DNA of 32,000 bases from Prochlorococcus sp. MIT 0801 (GTDB lineage: Bacteria; Cyanobacteriota; Cyanobacteriia; PCC-6307; Cyanobiaceae): contig NZ_CP007754.1 in assembly GCF_000757865.1 (NCBI RefSeq), positions 690,001 to 722,000 on the forward strand, given 5' to 3'. The notes beneath the pieces were generated by a model. The model saw nothing but the letters and a program-made list of their open reading frames with translations. It did no database searches and was not told where the DNA came from. Numbering within the stretch: the stretch's first letter is position 1; every line of letters starts with the position of its first letter. Shown piece after piece: positions 27,572-32,000 of this stretch. A program made the position numbers and the translations under genes.

Positions 27572-27730
27572 ATGGATACTCCTATCACGCACATAAATTT
27601 ATTTAATGCAATGCTTGCTCTCTATGTTATTGGTTATCAAATATCTATCTGCTCAGATTGGAGTTGGATTCCAATGAATAAAGAGGATTATCAACTTCCT
27701 TATCAAGACAAATGGAGTCAGACTACTTAG
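27572..27730 (+). CDS. Candidate 52-aa micro-protein with one hydrophobic segment
   Basis: Hand translation gives MDTPITHINLFNAMLALYVIGYQISICSDWSWIPMNKEDYQLPYQDKWSQTT. Confidence 0.3.
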   Translation: MDTPITHINLFNAMLALYVIGYQISICSDWSWIPMNKEDYQLPYQDKWSQTT

Positions 27731-27868
27731 TTAATCATAAATGTTAAAGTATTATTGTATTAATTTAATAAATAAAAAATTTTTAAATCAATGAATTTAT
27801 TTAATATCAACAATTAAATCATGCTCAGATATTAAACATAGAGTAATTAATTTTTGTTTGATTCAGAC

Positions 27869-28045
27869 TTATATACTTTGAACCACATGAAATAAACCGA
27901 ATGAATATCCCCCAATAAGAATCCATCCTAGAATTGCTGAAATTATAGTGGACCTTCTGTTATGTCTTCTTATTGCATTCTCGATCATTTCATTTACATC
28001 CTCTCTATTTATTAGTTTTGTAGATTTTGGATTTGTTGAAGTCAT
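27869..28045 (-). CDS. Candidate 58-aa tail-anchored membrane micro-protein
   Basis: Hand translation gives MTSTNPKSTKLINREDVNEMIENAIRRHNRRSTIISAILGWILIGGYSFGLFHVVQSI. The length is exactly 59 codons including the stop. Confidence 0.4.
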   Translation of the reverse strand: MTSTNPKSTKLINREDVNEMIENAIRRHNRRSTIISAILGWILIGGYSFGLFHVVQSI

Positions 28046-28141
28046 TTGTTTTTATGTAGATTTGATTTTTGAGATTGGTTAATCCCTTTTAAACGAATTC
28101 AATTTGAGAGAGAATCTGCTTAAGTAAGCAAGAGATACCTG

Positions 28142-28175
28142 GATTTATAGCTATCTTTTATCGAAGCTATAAATC
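28142..28175. other. Perfect 11-bp stem, 12-nt loop hairpin in a 680-bp non-coding spacer
   Basis: GATTTATAGCT (28142-52) and AGCTATAAATC (28165-75). No flanking T-run. Confidence 0.4.
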
Positions 28176-28724
28176 ATTGGTTGGAGCCTAACTGATTCAT
28201 GTGTAAATATTTGTTAAGACTATAATAGATTTTCGTGGAAGTTGTGTAGGTAAAATCACTTTGATTTGAATTCAGGCAATACTAATTACCCTTCATAAGG
28301 CATATGGGATGTTTGGAATTCTGGTTGTTCTAAAACTTGTAGCGCCATTTTTATATTTTTTTTGGTTGTTTTTTGAAAACATCAAGTTATTGCGATCGAC
28401 TTGAATATTTTCACTTTTAATTAATCATGATAAAAAACCTGTAGCTGCTTCAATCATTTCCTTCCAAATTCGATCTCATTAAATTTAACGAAAGATAATC
28501 ACTAATAGATATAGATTATTAAATAATAGAAATCTACAGTTCTCTTTGGCGATCTCCCAGTATATTATTGACAATAAAAGATTATTTCATATCAATGATC
28601 AGATGTAAATGATGGAGATTCAATATGTAGAGCTTGGTAAATAAGTTTAATTCTATTTAGTTTTTGTTTGTTTATTTCCTTTCTCAGTTTTCATGATTAG
28701 GAAGGTTTATTTACGAAGAATACG

Positions 28725-29180
28725 TTATGTATTTTTTTCGTTATTGTCTGATTCATTCTTTTCTAAAAGCTTTCTCGTTAGAAATGAATATGAAGCTTGA
28801 TGCTTTTCCTTCCAATCTTTATGCTCTTTTATCTGATTTTTTAACTTTTCTAAACTCTCTTTTTCCTCTGGATAAACCCTCTCTAAGTATTCTGGACTTA
28901 AATTTATGTTCCCTTCAAATTCATAAACCATTTCCTCAAATGATTCACATAAGCCAAGTATGTCTGCCATAAAATCTTCAAATTCATCAACATTTAATTC
29001 TTGAAGAACCTTTCTTAATTTACTTTGACTCGATTCCTCTGGAGCCCACTCTTTTTTTAAAACGTGAAGAAGATTAAGCTGACCAATTCTATCTAGAAGG
29101 TCCCACTTGGAGGCATCATCGGCTGAATAAAAATAGGAGCCATCCCCGGATTGATAAAACTTTCCTCTTTCTTTATCCAT
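28725..29180 (-). CDS. Acidic hypothetical protein, 151 aa
   Basis: Longest ORF in this part of the island. Glu/Lys-rich, helical-looking, no recognisable motif. Confidence 0.55.
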   Translation of the reverse strand: MDKERGKFYQSGDGSYFYSADDASKWDLLDRIGQLNLLHVLKKEWAPEESSQSKLRKVLQELNVDEFEDFMADILGLCESFEEMVYEFEGNINLSPEYLERVYPEEKESLEKLKNQIKEHKDWKEKHQASYSFLTRKLLEKNESDNNEKNT

Positions 29181-29383
29181 TTATGTTAGAAGGAGAGATT
29201 AAATCTTCTAAAAAAGGTTTATAGTAGTGAGGCATTTGATTCAATTTGTTTATAACTAAATTTTAGTTTAGTAAAGTATAGAATTTTGAATTGCTTTATA
29301 CTTTAGAATACCATTGTATATTATACATTTATCTTTTGTTGATTAAATATATTTCTTACCTACGTAGCTGTTTAATTCTATTT

Positions 29384-29785
29384 TCAATCAAAGAAATCTA
29401 ATGGAAAAGGACCAATTGTTTTGGAGTTCAATGAATTTTCATAATATTGGCAACTAATTAATATGCCTTCACCCAAACCAAATTCAATTCTAGCATGAAT
29501 TTCACCGGTCTTTTGGTTTGCCTTTAAAAATACTGGACCGTCAGAACTAGGTAATGTGATGCATTTCATTTCATCGTATTCAAATTTTTCTTCTATTCTT
29601 CTAACGGCATGTATTCCCCTTTGTAATGTAGGTGACATAACCCCTATCGTTATCCAATCTGATTTGTGAATTAGATGGCTAATTTGATTTAAAAGGTTTT
29701 TTGATTGTTTTTTATTAAGTCTTGGTGCAGATCTCAATTTATCAAGATCTTCTAATTTGCATATATCAATATTTTTTGTAGACAT
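29384..29785 (-). CDS. Hypothetical protein, 133 aa (possibly the cyanobacterial DUF1824 family, from memory)
   Basis: Clean ORF with non-repetitive, globular-looking composition (WITIGVMSPTLQRGIHAVRRIE...GEGILISCQYY). Confidence 0.55.
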   Translation of the reverse strand: MSTKNIDICKLEDLDKLRSAPRLNKKQSKNLLNQISHLIHKSDWITIGVMSPTLQRGIHAVRRIEEKFEYDEMKCITLPSSDGPVFLKANQKTGEIHARIEFGLGEGILISCQYYENSLNSKTIGPFPLDFFD

Positions 29786-29991
29786 TTAGATAGGTATTTT
29801 ATCTATTTTATCAGTTTGAGCATTTTTTTTTCTACTCTTTACTTATATAATTACAATCTTTATAAATTAAAATATTATATATATTTTAATATTATCAACC
29901 TCAAAAAATATTTTCTAATGACCAACTTAAATATATGATGAATTGTATATTCGCAAATTTGATTATATTATTGGTTTTTATTTAATTCCCA

Positions 29992-30183
29992 TTAGTTAAG
30001 ATTATTAGATTCTTTTTTTCTCCTAGATTCATGAAGTTGTTCTAATTCATTATAGACATCATGTAATGTTTTCTTTATATGATCTGAATGCTCGATGGAT
30101 CCAAGTGAATTCATAGCTTTTAAAAGGCTATCTTTTGCTTCTATCAAACCTCGACACTGTGTGCTGCCCGCTTCAGAGGTCAT
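29992..30183 (-). CDS. Hypothetical small helical protein, 63 aa
   Basis: ORF only. Divergent from the 30348 gene across a 160-nt AT-rich spacer. Confidence 0.35.
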   Translation of the reverse strand: MTSEAGSTQCRGLIEAKDSLLKAMNSLGSIEHSDHIKKTLHDVYNELEQLHESRRKKESNNLN

Positions 30184-30334
30184 TTTTGTAAGAGCTGTTG
30201 GTATTATCTTATTATAACTATTATTTTAAATTATTAATTTTCTTTTCAGCTTTTTAAAATTATTATTTCTTTAACTTCACTTTAGATTTTCAGGCTTGAC
30301 GAAGTCTGACTTTCTCATTAAAAACAAAATTAAG

Positions 30335-30340
30335 TATAAT
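30335..30340 (+). promoter_or_regulatory. Consensus -10 hexamer TATAAT 7 nt upstream of ATG 30348 (possible leaderless transcript)
   Basis: TATAAT at 30335-40, TTCTCA (4 of 6 matches to TTGACA) 17 nt upstream at 30312-17, and no Shine-Dalgarno sequence. Confidence 0.4.
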
Positions 30341-30347
30341 TTTTTTG

Positions 30348-30617
30348 ATGGCAAAAATAGATAGTCCAAAATGCCCTATTGGATGGCTTATTGATCCCCA
30401 TCATAAATGGGCAATAAACTTTGATTGGAAAAAAGTAACTAGTGAACAGAATACTGAATCTTTCACCATTGATATGTGGGGAGTAGTTGAAAATGGCAAA
30501 CCTATGCAATTTAAAAGTAGAAGAAAGGTCACAAAGGAGGAGTCATTAAAGACATGGAATCAATTGCTCTCATCAAATTGGATTGAATTTGATTTTGAAA
30601 TGAATAAAAGTGCTTGA
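30348..30617 (+). CDS. Trp-rich hypothetical small protein, 89 aa
   Basis: The track ORF starts at TTG 30345, and ATG 30348 follows immediately. Sequence includes MAKIDSPKCPIGWLIDPHHKWAINFDWKK... Confidence 0.5.
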   Translation: MAKIDSPKCPIGWLIDPHHKWAINFDWKKVTSEQNTESFTIDMWGVVENGKPMQFKSRRKVTKEESLKTWNQLLSSNWIEFDFEMNKSA

Positions 30618-30676
30618 AAGGCTTTTTAATCTAGTGTGCATTATCCTTATTACTGGTTATCATAAATTTATGTATT

Positions 30677-30682
30677 TATAAT
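30677..30682 (+). promoter_or_regulatory. Consensus -10 hexamer TATAAT 8 nt upstream of TTG 30691
   Basis: TATAAT at 30677-82, the same geometry as at 30335. Confidence 0.3.
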
Positions 30683-30690
30683 TTTTAAAA

Positions 30691-30951
30691 TTGCTAAATA
30701 CTTTCCATAAACTTCTCAAATTAACTATTATATTCTCAGCTGTAATTACAGGATGGACTTCAGTTATTCTTTTATCTAGCACAACATTAAATATAGAGAT
30801 TAAGGAATTAATAACTAAAATGTATCTGAATCAAAAGAATTTCATGTTTAATGTTAAGGATTTATCACTTTTGTTAGTAAAAGATGCAAATGAGCGCTTT
30901 TCTGAAAAAAATCAAGGCATAATTCCATTAAAAAATTCAAAATCAGAATGA
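30691..30951 (+). CDS. Hypothetical single-pass membrane protein, 86 aa, TTG start
   Basis: N-terminal helix LTIIFSAVITGWTSVILLSS. Ends with the double stop TGATAA, 4 nt before the next gene's TTG. Confidence 0.4.
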   Translation: MLNTFHKLLKLTIIFSAVITGWTSVILLSSTTLNIEIKELITKMYLNQKNFMFNVKDLSLLLVKDANERFSEKNQGIIPLKNSKSE

Positions 30952-30955
30952 TAAA

Positions 30956-31426
30956 TTGACAAACAAGACACTTTATCTGGCCTCTCCTTATGGCTTTTCT
31001 GAGCATTGGAGAAAAAAACTTTTACCTGAATTTGTTTCTAAATTGGAGGTTATGGGGGCGAGTGTTTTGGAACCTTTTGATCGTAATAGTCATATTGATA
31101 TTACTTCGCCTGGTTGGGCTAATAAAGTTGCTAATTCAAACTTAAACGACTTGAGGCAAGCTGATGGCTTATTCGCAATAGTTAATGGGACTCCCCCTGA
31201 CGAGGGAGTAATGGTTGAGCTTGGGGTTGCTATTGCTTTAGGTAAACCTATATTTTTATTTAGAGATGATTTTCGTAAATGTACTGATTCTGATGAATAC
31301 CCCCTTAACTTAATGATTTTCCTTGGGGTACCTTCTGATTCATGGAATGATTACTATTATTCTTCCTTGAATGATCTTGATTGTAAAAAGAAAGCCATTT
31401 ATAAATGGTTGATAGAAAAAAGCTAA
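30956..31426 (+). CDS. Nucleoside 2-deoxyribosyltransferase / DNPH1(Rcl)-like enzyme
   Basis: 156 aa. N-terminal LYLASPYGF and the family catalytic-Glu block PPDEGVMVELGVAIALGKPIFLF. TTG is the only possible start, because an in-frame stop lies immediately upstream. Confidence 0.82.
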   Translation: MTNKTLYLASPYGFSEHWRKKLLPEFVSKLEVMGASVLEPFDRNSHIDITSPGWANKVANSNLNDLRQADGLFAIVNGTPPDEGVMVELGVAIALGKPIFLFRDDFRKCTDSDEYPLNLMIFLGVPSDSWNDYYYSSLNDLDCKKKAIYKWLIEKS

Positions 31427-31455
31427 TGTATATAATTTCTATTAATTTATATACA
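31427..31455 (+). terminator. AT-rich 9-bp hairpin directly after the NDT-like stop codon
   Basis: TGTATATAA (31427-35) and TTATATACA (31447-55) with an 11-nt loop. Low predicted stability. Also contains a TATAAT string. Confidence 0.3.
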
Positions 31456-31510
31456 CAAATAATTTTAAATCTTTGTATTTAGTTTAAGATTATATCTTTT
31501 TTTATTTTAA

Positions 31511-32000
31511 ATGAATGATATTTTGTTTAACTTTACTGAAATACGGATAGAAATATCTTTTAAATCTTTTGATGAACTTCGTAAGACTTTATCTTTTTAT
31601 CAGAGAAATAATCTTTATAATATTAATATACCATGTAAAAATAGCTTAAAAAAGGATTTTCTTTTAGAGTCGATAAAAATTACAAAAGATGAGTTTCCAA
31701 ATATAGATATTATTCCTCACTTTAGTATCCTCAATGAATTTAAAAGAAATAGGATTAATACATATGATTCTTTTATATACTTTCTGCAAGCTGCTAAATA
31801 CTCCGGATGCAAACAGGTACTTCTTGTCTCTGGTTCTCAAAAAAGGTCTACATTAGACTCTGTTTCGGCTCTAGATATGCTTAAAGAAAATTCTTTATTT
31901 TTTAATCAAGATATTTCTATTGGCGTAGCATTTAATCCTTATTTACCTTCCTATTTGTTTGATGAAGAGATTTCAAGATTAGAAAAAAAACTTCAATCAG
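31511..32000 (+). CDS. Divergent methylenetetrahydrofolate reductase (MetF)-like protein, N-terminal 163 codons; continues beyond the window end
   Basis: Hand translation from ATG 31511 is open to the window end: MNDILFNFTEIRIEISFKSF...CKQVLLVSGSQKRS...ISIGVAFNPYLP. The last two blocks resemble the MetF blocks (LALRGD and IGVAGYPE) only loosely. Confidence 0.45.
   Translation, partial: MNDILFNFTEIRIEISFKSFDELRKTLSFYQRNNLYNINIPCKNSLKKDFLLESIKITKDEFPNIDIIPHFSILNEFKRNRINTYDSFIYFLQAAKYSGCKQVLLVSGSQKRSTLDSVSALDMLKENSLFFNQDISIGVAFNPYLPSYLFDEEISRLEKKLQS

Noticed and set aside
28277-28385. Minus-strand 29-aa ORF (MFSKNNQKKYKNGATSFRTTRIPNIPYAL) and other ORFs under 30 aa in the 28.0-28.7 kb gap
   Set aside because: They are short, basic and low-complexity, and indistinguishable from chance ORFs.
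28392-28399. GCGATCGA, a near match to the cyanobacterial HIP1 palindrome GCGATCGC
   Set aside because: It is a single imperfect copy, and HIP1 is not over-represented elsewhere in this window.
28727-28972. Plus-strand 81-aa ORF inside the 151-aa minus-strand gene
   Set aside because: It is the shorter, antisense and low-complexity (Leu/Phe/Ser) reading. The minus-strand frame is longer and compositionally protein-like.
30956-30961. Perfect TTGACA hexamer
   Set aside because: It coincides with the first two codons of the NDT-like gene, and no acceptable -10 element follows at 16-18 nt spacing.
25086-32000. Search for a mobile-element signature (tRNA or tmRNA target, integrase, transposase, terminal inverted repeats) to explain the island
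   Set aside because: I found no T-loop-like GGTTCGAATCC motif, no recombinase-like ORF and no long terminal repeats in the visible part. I therefore make no mobile-element call.
1-32000. CRISPR arrays, rRNA or tRNA genes
   Set aside because: I saw no regularly spaced direct repeats other than the coding 33-bp repeats at 25209-25406, and no rRNA- or tRNA-like conserved blocks on either strand.

Overview
The window looks like AT-rich marine picocyanobacterial chromosome, most likely a high-light-clade Prochlorococcus. This rests on composition, gene content and very tight gene packing, not on any alignment. It has two parts.

(1) Positions 1 to about 24850 are a densely packed core segment. 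In order it carries nrdJ (truncated at the window start), a SAM methyltransferase, prfC, a J-like membrane protein, hslO, an orphan ABC ATPase, rsmE, a DUF92/VTE6-like membrane protein, and a minus-strand array of aminotransferase, phnD, phnC, fused phnE and an SGNH hydrolase. These are followed by a family-4 uracil-DNA glycosylase, ispG, ctpA, nadA, a metallophosphoesterase, a TPM-domain protein, a MidA-like methyltransferase, aroB and purK. Intergenic spacers are mostly under 110 nt, and several genes overlap.

(2) Directly after purK there is a relatively GC-rich non-coding stretch of about 200 nt. It folds into one long imperfect hairpin with plus-strand-specific G-U pairs, and I call it 6S RNA (ssrS). 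From about 25.1 kb to the window end the architecture changes sharply and resembles a hypervariable island. Coding density is low, non-coding spacers reach 640-680 bp, and most ORFs are small (44-151 aa) and unrecognisable. Contents include:
- a protein built from six 11-residue repeats, encoded by six tandem 33-bp units;
- a run of three plus-strand sORFs, one carrying a twin CX3C motif;
- several perfect hairpins and dyads;
- a plus-strand module of a Trp-rich small protein, a single-pass membrane protein, a nucleoside 2-deoxyribosyltransferase-like enzyme and a divergent MTHFR-like ORF that runs off the window end.

I found no tRNA, rRNA, CRISPR array, integrase or transposase. All product names come from motif recognition by eye. 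No database search was run, and ncRNA and hairpin boundaries are approximate.
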